DNA from: Alphaproteobacteria bacterium
Lineage (GTDB): Bacteria > Pseudomonadota > Alphaproteobacteria > UBA9219 > RFNS01
Length of the DNA stretch: 64,000 bases
NCBI GenBank assembly: GCA_049653105.1
Contig: JBASFQ010000008.1
Coordinates: 27,957 to 91,956, forward strand
Direction: 5' to 3'
The notes below the pieces were generated by a model. The model saw nothing but the letters and a program-made list of their open reading frames with translations, searched no databases and was not told the DNA's origin. Both the position numbers and the translations under genes were made by a program. Of this stretch, positions 42,765-54,336 are shown one piece after another. The stretch's first letter is position 1; each line of letters begins with the position of its first letter.

Positions 42765-43121
42765 TTAACGTCCCGGCATGACAAAAAAGCAGTTTTCCGC
42801 CCCGGTGTGGCAGGCGGGGCCGATCTGGTCGACCTGGATCAGGATGGCATCGCCGTCGCAATCCAGAGTAATGGTGTGAAGGCTCTGCGTGTGGCCTGAG
42901 GTCGCCCCTTTGCGCCACAATTCCTGGCGCGAACGCGACCAATAGGTCACATCGCCACTTTGCATGGTTTGGCGTAACGCTTCGATGGTCATCCAGGCGA
43001 GCATGAGAACCTTGCCGGTATCATGCTGTTGGGCGATGACGGGAACCAGTCCGGAAGCGTCAAATTTGACCTTGCTGACGAACTGATCAATCTCCTCCCG
43101 CGCAAAAACCATCTGGTTCAT
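42765..43121 (-). CDS. hisI: phosphoribosyl-AMP cyclohydrolase
   Basis: GLVPVIAQQHDTGKVLMLAWM, YWSRSRQELWRKGATSGHTQ, and DCDGDAILIQVDQIGPACHTG motifs. Confidence 0.8.
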   Translation of the reverse strand: MNQMVFAREEIDQFVSKVKFDASGLVPVIAQQHDTGKVLMLAWMTIEALRQTMQSGDVTYWSRSRQELWRKGATSGHTQSLHTITLDCDGDAILIQVDQIGPACHTGAENCFFVMPGR

Positions 43122-44035
43122 GCCAGAATGAGCTGTTTGTCGCCCTGATACCCCTGCGGCAAGTCCCCGGCCCAGGCGGGGATAATGCGGCGCATCGCCT
43201 CAATAATACGGCCTACCCAAGCTTCGCTGATTGGCAGGTCGCCTTCAAACAGCGCTGTGGTAAAATGCTGCGCCGGGGTAAAGCGGTTAACATCTTGCCG
43301 CGCTTCGGCCATCAGGTTAGCTTTTTTAACGAAGTCATAAAGATCCAAGCGATGCGCCGCGGCCAGTTCGGCAGCCAAAATCCCGATCTGGTCGGGCGTA
43401 AGGCGCAGTAAATGCCCCTCATGCTCCGCAGGGAAGGCCAGACGGGTGCGCGCCTCGATATTCGCGGCATCAATGATCTGCGCAGTATCAAACGCAGAGG
43501 CGACCGCATAGACGTGACCCTGGCAGGAAATTGACTTTGTGCCATGGCAAAAGCCGCCTATGGCCAGCAAATCGGCCATGGTCGCGGCGACACGGGTCGA
43601 GCCGCTCGCCTGCGCCAGAAACAGCGTTGCTTCGGCATCAACCCGAGCCTGGCTCGTATAGACGCTGTAAAGGACGGCAAGGCTCTCAGGTAAGGCGCTG
43701 CCCACGGTTTCAAACTGGCCACCTAATGACACGTCACAATCGCGGTGGTTGCGGCAGAAATGGTGGATCGTTGCGGCGGTGAGGGGCAGCGGAGCTCCGG
43801 CAGCGGTGAAATCCTGCGCCCCATAGCCGCAAATGGCCTGCACCGCTTGCCAGTCATCGTCGGCATTAAGATTCAACCTGGCGGCGACCTCCTGCCGCAC
43901 AGTGGCCAAGGGCTCGGCATACTGACGTAGATCCAGCTGGCTTTTGGTCAGCTTGTGTAAGATGCCCAGCATGAGACCTGGTGTGACAGAAGCGTCCGGA
44001 AGGGCAGAATCAGTTTTTGCGTCGGTCTGTAACAC
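43118..44035 (-). CDS. conserved hypothetical protein (305 aa), translationally coupled to hisI
   Basis: Intact ORF with ATGA overlap onto hisI. No family I can name with confidence. Confidence 0.55.
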   Translation of the reverse strand: MLQTDAKTDSALPDASVTPGLMLGILHKLTKSQLDLRQYAEPLATVRQEVAARLNLNADDDWQAVQAICGYGAQDFTAAGAPLPLTAATIHHFCRNHRDCDVSLGGQFETVGSALPESLAVLYSVYTSQARVDAEATLFLAQASGSTRVAATMADLLAIGGFCHGTKSISCQGHVYAVASAFDTAQIIDAANIEARTRLAFPAEHEGHLLRLTPDQIGILAAELAAAHRLDLYDFVKKANLMAEARQDVNRFTPAQHFTTALFEGDLPISEAWVGRIIEAMRRIIPAWAGDLPQGYQGDKQLILA

Positions 44036-44185
44036 GGCTATCCTTCGCGAAGCGGGGATTGTTTATCAACGAAACGTTAACACCCCGATTCGCGTCGGGT
44101 TAAGGAAAATTTACCAAGTTTTTAACAATGTGGCAGAAGTGTGATTCTTAAAGCACAAAAGATTCCGGATATGAAATAAGCAAAA

Positions 44186-44214
44186 AAAGCCCCGGTTTTA
44201 CCCGGGGCTTTTTG
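44186..44214. terminator. bidirectional rho-independent terminator (AAGCCCCGG / CCGGGGCTT stem flanked by A-run and T-run)
   Basis: Hairpin read directly in the sequence, immediately downstream of rplI. Confidence 0.5.
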
Positions 44215-44234
44215 TTCGAGTAGGATGCGTCGGT

Positions 44235-44882
44235 TTAGGCTTCTTCGGATGCAGCAGCCTTTTTCTTGCTGGCGCGCTTCTTGACCGGCTTGGCCTCGGC
44301 TTCTCCCTCTGCAGCTTCGGCAGCGGGGGGGGCATCGAACATTCCCGCATCAACCGCCGGCAATTCTGCAGCGGCAGATTTGGCCTTGGCGTTTGCGGCA
44401 GCCACACCGCGCTCTTGTTGCAGGCGGCCTTCCTCCTCAGTCCGCGCGACGTTCACTGTGATGGATACGCTGACTTCCGGGTGCAACTTGGCCTTAACCG
44501 GGAACAGGCCGATCGTCTTGATCGGGGTGGTGATTTCGATCAGACGACGCTCGATCTTGTGTCCGGCGTCAGTGGCGGCTTCGGCAACATCACGCGCGGT
44601 GACTGAACCAAAGAGCTGACCACTTTCGCTGGCTTGGCGGATGAGCATGACCGTCACGCCTTGCAGTTTTTTGGCCTGATCTTCGGCGTCGGCGCGCAGC
44701 TTGGCATTATGGGCCTCAAACTGGGCGCGCTGTTTCTCAAACACTTCCATGTTGGCTTTGGTCGCGCGCAGAGCCTTCTTCTGAGGCAGAAGGAAGTTGC
44801 GAGCATAGCCGGGGCGCACTTTGACGACCTGACCCAATTGACCCAGGCGTTCAACACGTTCCATCAGAATAACTTCAATCAT
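44235..44882 (-). CDS. rplI: 50S ribosomal protein L9 with Ala/Glu/Lys-rich C-terminal tail
   Basis: N-terminal L9 domain (EVILMERVERLGQLGQVVKVRPGYARNFLLPQKKA) and C-domain, followed by a ~60-aa low-complexity tail. Confidence 0.85.
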   Translation of the reverse strand: MIEVILMERVERLGQLGQVVKVRPGYARNFLLPQKKALRATKANMEVFEKQRAQFEAHNAKLRADAEDQAKKLQGVTVMLIRQASESGQLFGSVTARDVAEAATDAGHKIERRLIEITTPIKTIGLFPVKAKLHPEVSVSITVNVARTEEEGRLQQERGVAAANAKAKSAAAELPAVDAGMFDAPPAAEAAEGEAEAKPVKKRASKKKAAASEEA

Positions 44883-44924
44883 CGTATCCTCTTTTCTTTC
44901 AGGTTAGATCCATTATTGCATTGA

Positions 44925-45926
44925 TTAAGACTTGACCGCGACTTTCTGCCCGACAATGCGCGCGCGCAGATGCAGCCATGGTTCCAGAACGCCGGCGGCA
45001 GCGACCAGGACGCCCGGCCACTGAAAAAACAGCAAGATATAAAAGGCAACAAGCCAGGCCGCTTTATGCTTGCGGCGGCGCGCCCAAAGATGCATCAGGC
45101 CGATGCCGACCACCAGATAGGGAAGTGAGAGCGGCAAGAGAACGCTGCGTGCGAAATAAGCCACATGGCCGGAATAGAACATGGCCAGAAGACCCATAAT
45201 CGCGAGCAGAACCAGCAAGGACATCGGCAGGTCTATGTCCGTGATGCCGGGCATTGGACGCAAAGCCGTCTTGTTGCTGGTGAGCGCAATCTGTGACCAC
45301 AGGCCCGTGATGGCAATGACGAATACCCAGCCTGTAATAAGAGCCGCTGGCAATAACGCCGTGAAGTTATTGATCATAAGCTGCTTCATTTCAGGGGGAT
45401 ATGCCGCTGCCGTGCTGCTATCCTTAAAGGTCACATCGAACATGGAGGAGATGCCATTCCGAATCACACCTTCGATGCCTTCTGCCCCGACCAGCAGACT
45501 GATCAACGCGTAAACACTCACGGGGTATAAGACCAGAAACGTCAGCAAACGTCCGGTTGGATACCAAAACAAATTCCCTTTGCTGTCATAACGGTGGCGC
45601 GTCGCCAGCAGGCAAAGCAGCAGCACCGGGCACAAGAATATGATCAGCAACAAGTATGTATTCTCGACGCCGATGTAGAAAATCGTTGCGGCGATGGCGA
45701 CAAGAGTCGCAACAATCGCATCGCTGCGCCCGATGCCAAGGCCGGCCACAAAAAGTGGCACGGGAACAAGCAGAATGAAGCCCATGACCAGAATGCTATT
45801 GACGCCATAGTTATACGCCACCCACGCGAAACCGCCGGCAGTCATGCCGGCGAGAATCGCGCCCAAGAAGCCCAACAGACCGCGGCGCGGCAGAGGCGAT
45901 GGCATAGGGGGGGCAATGACGGTCAT
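44925..45926 (-). CDS. DUF2232-like polytopic membrane protein of the rpsF-rpsR-rplI operon
   Basis: About 8 TM helices. Conserved position between rpsR and rplI in Alphaproteobacteria. Confidence 0.6.
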   Translation of the reverse strand: MTVIAPPMPSPLPRRGLLGFLGAILAGMTAGGFAWVAYNYGVNSILVMGFILLVPVPLFVAGLGIGRSDAIVATLVAIAATIFYIGVENTYLLLIIFLCPVLLLCLLATRHRYDSKGNLFWYPTGRLLTFLVLYPVSVYALISLLVGAEGIEGVIRNGISSMFDVTFKDSSTAAAYPPEMKQLMINNFTALLPAALITGWVFVIAITGLWSQIALTSNKTALRPMPGITDIDLPMSLLVLLAIMGLLAMFYSGHVAYFARSVLLPLSLPYLVVGIGLMHLWARRRKHKAAWLVAFYILLFFQWPGVLVAAAGVLEPWLHLRARIVGQKVAVKS

Positions 45927-45953
45927 GTTATCGGCTCATGCCGGGTGCCGGCT

Positions 45954-46226
45954 TCAGCCGCCCGCCTTCTTGTCGCAGTAGGGCAGCAAAGCCAGTTCAC
46001 GTGCCCGCTTGATGGCCAGCGCCAACTCGCGCTGCTTTTTCATCGAGACAGCGGAAATCCGGCTGGGCATAATTTTGCCGCGCTCAGAGATAAACCGACC
46101 CAGCAGCTTCGGGTTTTTATAATCGATCTTCGGCGCTTGGGGGCTGGTGAAGGGGCAGCTCTTGCGGCGGCGGAAAAACGCGCGGCGCTGACCACCGGGG
46201 GCTGATTGATTGGCGTCCATGCTCAT
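45954..46226 (-). CDS. rpsR: 30S ribosomal protein S18
   Basis: S18 signature (RRRKSCPF...[21 protein letters not shown]). Start overlaps the rpsF stop. Confidence 0.85.
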   Translation of the reverse strand: MSMDANQSAPGGQRRAFFRRRKSCPFTSPQAPKIDYKNPKLLGRFISERGKIMPSRISAVSMKKQRELALAIKRARELALLPYCDKKAGG

Positions 46227-46672
46227 GCGCGGCTCTCCTCTGCGGTATTGGTTTCATTTTGATGACGGGGGGGACGGCCTGAACCGTCGCGACGCGGGCC
46301 GCTACGGTCAAAACGTTCGCCGCCGCGTTCGCTGCGTTCGCCGTCACGATCATCACGACGCAACATCGCCGAAGGGCCGGCTTCAAGTTCGTCAACCTTG
46401 ACGGTCAGATACCGCAGCACATCTTCATGCAGACGCATATTGCGCTCCAGTTCGGGAACGACTTTTGCGGGGCCATCGATGTTGAACATCACATAATGAC
46501 CTTTGCGATTTTTTTTGATGCGGTAGGCGAGGGTGCGTAACCCCCACTGTTCGGTCTTGGTGACTTGCCCACCATTTTTGCGGACGATGTCGGCAAATTC
46601 GGCGGCCAAGGCCTCAACCTGCGCGGACGTAATGTCCTGACGCGCAATAAAGACGGATTCGTAGAAAGACAT
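46223..46672 (-). CDS. rpsF: 30S ribosomal protein S6 with Arg/Asp/Glu-rich C-terminal tail
   Basis: [14 protein letters not shown]...[19 protein letters not shown]. Start taken at MSFYE. Confidence 0.85.
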   Translation of the reverse strand: MSFYESVFIARQDITSAQVEALAAEFADIVRKNGGQVTKTEQWGLRTLAYRIKKNRKGHYVMFNIDGPAKVVPELERNMRLHEDVLRYLTVKVDELEAGPSAMLRRDDRDGERSERGGERFDRSGPRRDGSGRPPRHQNETNTAEESRA

Positions 46673-47069
46673 AAAGTGCGCTCCCCTATGGATATTTGCG
46701 ATCCGCCGCTGGATCGGGACCATCCCGCTCAATCAGCCGCACGGATCTAGCCGACGTTACATAACGAACGCCAGCAAAGGGCTATATCGCGCAACGGCAC
46801 TCAAACCTCCGTTGCGTGTTGACCAATTCAGGTCAGGCCGCAATATACGCGCCTCGTCGTCCAAAGCAAGCGCGGAGTTTTCATGAAGGCATTAACCATA
46901 TCAATGGCTTAATGCGGTGGTTCTTTGAGTGCATCACAACGAATGATGAAAATATTTCAGTCTTGCCCGATGAAACTATATTTGCTGCACCAGCTCTGTC
47001 ATTTCGGGAACGAATGGTCTATAAGGCGCGCCAAGTTGTTTGTGACTCTGGAAGGGCAAGTCTGTTTCA

Positions 47070-48959
47070 ATGTCAGGTAATCCACGGCATCGTTCCCGGC
47101 GTACATCGCTGTCAGGCTCGCTTTTGGTTGGGGCGCTTGGCGTCGTTTATGGCGACATCGGCACAAGTCCGCTTTATGCGTTTAAGCTCGTTTTGATGGG
47201 GCAGGGTGGGTTTGCACCGGATCTGGAACACATTCTCGGCACATTGTCGTTGATTTTCTGGGCACTCATTTTTGCCGTCACGATTAAATATGTTTTCTTG
47301 ATTTCCCGTGCCGACAATCACGGCGAAGGCGGTGTCCTGGCTCTGGGGACGCTGGCGGTGCGTGGGTCAACCCGCACGTCGCGGCGACGCGTCATTTTCA
47401 CGACATTGGCAGTTCTTGGTTTCGCGCTTTTCTGCGGCGATAGCCTTATTACCCCGGCGATTTCAGTCTTGAGCGCGGTGGAAGGTTTGAAAACCGCGAC
47501 GAATGTATTCGATCCTTACATCTTGCCTATAACGTTGGTCATTCTGGTGGGGCTATTTGTGATTCAGTCACGGGGCACGCACCTGGTGGGAAGTTTTTTC
47601 GGCCCGGTTATGGTTCTGTGGTTTGCCACCCTCTCACTACTTGGGATCATCCACATTGTTGAAGAGCCGTCTGTTCTGGCGGCGCTAAATCCCTATTACG
47701 CGGCGGTCATGATAATCCATGAACCGTTCAAGGTTTTCGTCATCCTGGGATCTATCGTTCTGGTGGTCACAGGTGGCGAAGCGCTTTATGCGGATATGGG
47801 GCATTTTGGCGCGCGCGCAATTCGTATCGCGTGGCTTGGACTGGTTCTGCCGGCATTGGTGCTGAATTATTTTGGTCAGGGAGCCATGCTTCTGGCGCAT
47901 CCGGAGCGGTTGGAGAATCTCTTTTTTGCCATGGCGCCGGAATGGGCGCTCTATCCGTTGGTGGCGTTGGCGGCTTTGGCGACAGTGATCGCATCGCAGG
48001 CAGTGATCTCAGGTCTGTTTTCCCTGACACAACAAGCGGTTTCTCTTGGTTTCTTGCCGCGCATGAGGATTCTCCACACTTCCGCCACGGCAATCGGACA
48101 GATCTATGTGCCGCGCATGAACTGGCTGGCGATGTGTGGTGTCGTGCTTTTAGTGCTGATGTTCCGCACCTCCGACAGCCTGGCGAATGCCTATGGTGTT
48201 GCTGTGTCCGGCGTCGTGATGGTTGATACCGTGCTGGCATTCTTTGTCGCAGTAACTTTGTGGCGCTGGCACGCGGGGTGGAGCGCGTTGGTTTTCTGCA
48301 CATTGTTTGTCATTGACCTGGCGTTCTTTTCTTCAACCTTGTTGAAAGTTGCGGATGGGGGCTGGTTTCCGCTGATGATCGCCGGCTGTATTTTTGGTGT
48401 GATTACTACATGGCGGCGTGGGCGTAATATTTTATATGACAAGCTCTACAAGAACGCCTTGTCGACGAAAGATTTTTTGACCAGCTTAAACCCCAATTGT
48501 CCGCGAGTTCCGGGGACAGCCGTTTTTATGACGGCGGACAATCGGCGTGTGCCAAAGGCCCTTTTGCATAATTTGCGTTATAACCGCGTCATCCATGAGC
48601 GTGTGATCGTGATGCGCGTTAAGATCCTGGACGTGCCGTGGGTCAATGTCGGTGATCGGTTGGAAGTCGAAGATTTGGGACGGAATTTTTATTCCGTGGT
48701 TGCCAAATATGGCTTTATGGATCAGCCCGATGTACCTCAATCACTTGCTTTGCTGGCGCTTGATGGCTGGGATATCGACCTTAAGGCGCTGTCCTATTTT
48801 CTCAGCCGAGAAACGCTGGTGTCATCCCATTTTCCCGATATGGGGCCGGTCGAAAGCTACGTGTTTATTGCCCTGTCAACGGCGGCGCAGAACGCAACCC
48901 ACTATTTCCGCATTCCACCTGACCGTGTTCTGGAGTTGGGAACGCAGATTGAAATTTAA
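47070..48959 (+). CDS. kup: KUP/HAK/KT-family potassium uptake protein
   Basis: LGVVYGDIGTSPLYAF signature and 12 TM helices. 629 aa with a C-terminal cytoplasmic domain. Confidence 0.85.
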   Translation: MSGNPRHRSRRTSLSGSLLVGALGVVYGDIGTSPLYAFKLVLMGQGGFAPDLEHILGTLSLIFWALIFAVTIKYVFLISRADNHGEGGVLALGTLAVRGSTRTSRRRVIFTTLAVLGFALFCGDSLITPAISVLSAVEGLKTATNVFDPYILPITLVILVGLFVIQSRGTHLVGSFFGPVMVLWFATLSLLGIIHIVEEPSVLAALNPYYAAVMIIHEPFKVFVILGSIVLVVTGGEALYADMGHFGARAIRIAWLGLVLPALVLNYFGQGAMLLAHPERLENLFFAMAPEWALYPLVALAALATVIASQAVISGLFSLTQQAVSLGFLPRMRILHTSATAIGQIYVPRMNWLAMCGVVLLVLMFRTSDSLANAYGVAVSGVVMVDTVLAFFVAVTLWRWHAGWSALVFCTLFVIDLAFFSSTLLKVADGGWFPLMIAGCIFGVITTWRRGRNILYDKLYKNALSTKDFLTSLNPNCPRVPGTAVFMTADNRRVPKALLHNLRYNRVIHERVIVMRVKILDVPWVNVGDRLEVEDLGRNFYSVVAKYGFMDQPDVPQSLALLALDGWDIDLKALSYFLSRETLVSSHFPDMGPVESYVFIALSTAAQNATHYFRIPPDRVLELGTQIEI

Positions 48960-49303
48960 GTGGTTTCGGTCAAGCGCACTTCGGCAAGGGCGTAAGCCAT
49001 ATTCCAATATCGTTTCACTTCATCTGTGCTGAAACCAGAATTCAAAAGGTCGTCCGGGCGGCAGCCGCCACGCTGTCTAAGGTACTCTGCAACAGTTCGT
49101 GCCATGCTGTGCGTGATGCTAAGTTTATGATCGGGGGAAGCTCCCGATCCTTCAGTGTTATCGCAGCAATATTCTTTGATGGGACCTGCGGTTTGTGCCG
49201 TTTGTGTGGCATCGGCAGGATGCTGCGGTCTTTTTTTATTGGGCACCGTAAGAAATCCAGGGGCACGACAAAGTTCACGTCGTATCGTTGGTTTTTTATA
49301 CAT
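48956..49303 (-). CDS. hypothetical protein (start uncertain; 5' half AT-rich, 3' half GC-rich)
   Basis: ORF with an AAGGA SD 7 nt upstream of the ATG at 49303. Its stop overlaps the kup stop. Confidence 0.35.
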   Translation of the reverse strand: MYKKPTIRRELCRAPGFLTVPNKKRPQHPADATQTAQTAGPIKEYCCDNTEGSGASPDHKLSITHSMARTVAEYLRQRGGCRPDDLLNSGFSTDEVKRYWNMAYALAEVRLTETT

Positions 49304-49348
49304 TCTCAGTCCTTTTCGTGCGCTGTGGAGACATTATGTGCAGGAATA

Positions 49349-49369
49349 TATTATAAGAAATACTTATAT
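49349..49369. promoter_or_regulatory. inverted repeat TATAAG-N5-CTTATA about 55 nt upstream of the XRE regulator gene
   Basis: Read directly in the sequence. Candidate autoregulatory operator or -10 region. Confidence 0.3.
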
Positions 49370-49421
49370 GCAATAGAAAATAATAATTACCCTCCGTTTG
49401 TGAAGTGGCATAAAATTCGCC

Positions 49422-49982
49422 ATGGCCAAAAAATCAAAAAGCGTTTTTTCGAATAACCTTGCCAGACTGCGCGAACGGGTGGGGTTAAGCCAATCTGTGG
49501 TGGCAGAAAAACTAGGTTTGACCCAGCCCAGTTACAGTAATCTGGAGTCCGGGAAGAGTCGGCTCACGGTGGATCGTGCTAAGAAGCTGACGCAGATCAT
49601 GGGGTGTCAGATGTGGGAATTGTCGGATGATTTTCTAGCCGAACCTTTGGTGTCGGGCAGGGGACGCGGTGAGAATAATGCTGGCGCACGACAGTTCCAG
49701 GAACCTATGCGCAGTGAAGGCAATCCGGATGTCGGCGGTGTGCAGACCGGAAAGATGATAGCTACGGCTGCTGCGTTCGATCCCGTGTTGCGGATCATGA
49801 TGGAGCAGACGGGTAAATCCAGAAACCAATACACGTCGGATCTTCAGCTGCTTGTCTATGCTGCTGCCAGCAAGCATATCAATGATTTTGAGCATCAGCA
49901 GAACAAAGTAGCATCTGATGATTATATTCGTGGTGTTGTGGCGGCAAAACTGGATCAGTTCAGGAGGCGACCGAAAGCATGA
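49422..49982 (+). CDS. XRE-family HTH transcriptional regulator with uncharacterised C-terminal domain
   Basis: HTH (LRERVGLSQSVVAEKLGLTQPSYSNLESGKSRLTVDRAKKL) followed by ~120 aa of unknown function. Confidence 0.7.
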   Translation: MAKKSKSVFSNNLARLRERVGLSQSVVAEKLGLTQPSYSNLESGKSRLTVDRAKKLTQIMGCQMWELSDDFLAEPLVSGRGRGENNAGARQFQEPMRSEGNPDVGGVQTGKMIATAAAFDPVLRIMMEQTGKSRNQYTSDLQLLVYAAASKHINDFEHQQNKVASDDYIRGVVAAKLDQFRRRPKA

Positions 49983-50626
49983 ACAAGGTTGGCAAGGAAG
50001 GGAAAAAAGGCAACAAGGCGTCGCGCTATCTTTTAATCGGCGTGCTTTTCCTGTTCGGCGCCACCGTGATCAATACCCTGTCGCACCGTGAAGAAAAAAT
50101 ACTGCTGGCGACCGGGCGGATGTTTGATCGCATCTTCATGAAGACAGTGCTCATTGTTGGCGGCAACTGGGTTACAGGATGGAGCGGCGTGATTATCAAC
50201 AAACCTTTGAATGAAGCCGAGAAAGTTGAGTTACCCGAGTCTATCCGCAACTTGAACCGTGAAATTGGATTTGGCGGCCCGGTTGGTTTTCCCGACACAT
50301 ACTATGTGCTTGAGCGTCATGAGAATAAAACCACCGGCACGGTAAGGCACGTGTTGCGGGAATGGAACGCTGCGGTACGTGATCGTCCTGATCTCCCCGA
50401 TTTGATCCGTCAGGACACCACAACGCCATACAGGTATCGTATTTTCGCCGGCTTCTCCAGCTGGGCACCATTGCAACTCGAAAATGAATTCACGATGTTA
50501 AACGGGTGGGAGGATATGGCGGTTGATCTTGACCTGATTTGGAATCCGGGCACTGACGCAAGCTGGGAAGCTATCCAGAGCAGGAATCTGGAGAAGCGCC
50601 TCAAGCTGTCACGGCAGGCATTGTAA
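49979..50626 (+). CDS. YqgE/AlgH (UPF0301) family protein with N-terminal transmembrane anchor
   Basis: Blocks alignable by eye to E. coli YqgE (VLIVGGNWVTGWSGVIINKPL; GFGGPV; RIFAGFSSWAPLQLENEFTMLNGW). Preceded by a Lys-rich N-terminus plus a hydrophobic helix (LLIGVLFLFGATVINTL). ATGA overlap with the XRE gene. Confidence 0.65.
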   Translation: MNKVGKEGKKGNKASRYLLIGVLFLFGATVINTLSHREEKILLATGRMFDRIFMKTVLIVGGNWVTGWSGVIINKPLNEAEKVELPESIRNLNREIGFGGPVGFPDTYYVLERHENKTTGTVRHVLREWNAAVRDRPDLPDLIRQDTTTPYRYRIFAGFSSWAPLQLENEFTMLNGWEDMAVDLDLIWNPGTDASWEAIQSRNLEKRLKLSRQAL

Positions 50627-50701
50627 ATCACTTTTCTGATTGTTTCCCTGCGAGACTTGCCTTGGGCTGTATATAAATTTTTGAGTATTGAGGACGGAAG
50701 G

Positions 50702-51190
50702 ATGCCTGTTGCAAAGAAAATTTTTGAATTATCTGAAACACCGGAAATCAAACAATCTCCAACAGTGGGTTTCTTAAGATTCAGGGGGATCGAAGCTTTT
50801 GCACTCGCATCTTTTTGTGTCAACAAAGGGGGAGATCAACCTCATTTAATTATTGTTTGCAGGGGGAAGAGGGGCAAGGGAGCCACACACATATACGATG
50901 GATTCCGTATCACCGAGCTTGAGGGGGATGGAAAATCAGCTCAAGAAATTTCAGTCAAATGTCATAACCCTCTCAGTCGTTGGCCGACGCCAAGCATGAT
51001 TCCCTTGCGTCTTTTGTTCAGACAGAATGCGGTGACCGCCTGTAAAGATGCAATCAGCTATATAGATACGTTGGAGCGTCGCTTCCCGATGCAGGAATAT
51101 GAGGCTTACAGGGGACGGTTGCGACAAGCACGCGTGGAGTTGCGTCGGCAAGTCGAAGCATCACCGTATGCACAGGCTCTCAAAGTCTGA
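50702..51190 (+). CDS. hypothetical protein (163 aa from MPVAKK)
   Basis: Intact ORF in the AT-rich islet with a terminator downstream. No recognisable family. Confidence 0.4.
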   Translation: MPVAKKIFELSETPEIKQSPTVGFLRFRGIEAFALASFCVNKGGDQPHLIIVCRGKRGKGATHIYDGFRITELEGDGKSAQEISVKCHNPLSRWPTPSMIPLRLLFRQNAVTACKDAISYIDTLERRFPMQEYEAYRGRLRQARVELRRQVEASPYAQALKV

Positions 51191-51261
51191 GTTGATGGAA
51201 ATATACGCCGACAGTTCGGGGGGGCTTCGAAAATGAGTGAATCCACATCATGGAGCAACAA

Positions 51262-51297
51262 AAAACGCCGTCCCAAGAAAGGGCGGCGTTTTTTCAT
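51262..51297. terminator. bidirectional rho-independent terminator (CGCCGTCCC / GGGCGGCG stem, A-run / T-run)
   Basis: Hairpin read directly in the sequence. It sits between the islet's last gene and the 3' end of the rRNA operon. Confidence 0.5.
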
Positions 51298-51332
51298 TCC
51301 ATGTTGACGATCAGAATTTCCAACTCCGGCCT

Positions 51333-51452
51333 GAAGACCTGGCAGCGACCTACTCTCCCAGGACTTAAGTCATAGTACCATTGGCGCTGGGGGTTTTCAC
51401 GGCCGAGTTCGGGATGGGATCGGGTGCAGGCCCCCCGCTATGGCCACCAGGT
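51333..51452 (-). rRNA. rrf: 5S rRNA
   Basis: Reverse complement reads GACCTGGTGGCCATAGCGGGGGGCCTGCACCCGATCCCATCCCGAACTCGGCCGTGAAAACCCCCAGCGCCAATGGTACTATGACTTAAGTCCTGGGAGAGTAGGTCGCTGCCAGGTC. Ends ±3 nt. Confidence 0.85.
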
Positions 51453-51587
51453 CGTCGGGCCGGAGCGATGGAAACGCGGTTCGTCTGGTAACCAATGACC
51501 GGACGAACCGAATTCAGTAACAAGCAATGTGTTGAAGGTCAGAATACGGAAGACGCTGCCACTGCGGCGTCATGTCCGACTTCGAAT

Positions 51588-54336
<2,749 letters not shown>

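Noticed and set aside
45594-46205. 203-aa + strand ORF antisense to DUF2232/rpsR genes
   Set aside because: Overlaps two well-supported ribosomal-operon genes on the opposite strand.
46816-47196. 126-aa ORF upstream of and overlapping the kup start
   Set aside because: Runs into kup out of frame. No features. Probably non-coding leader.
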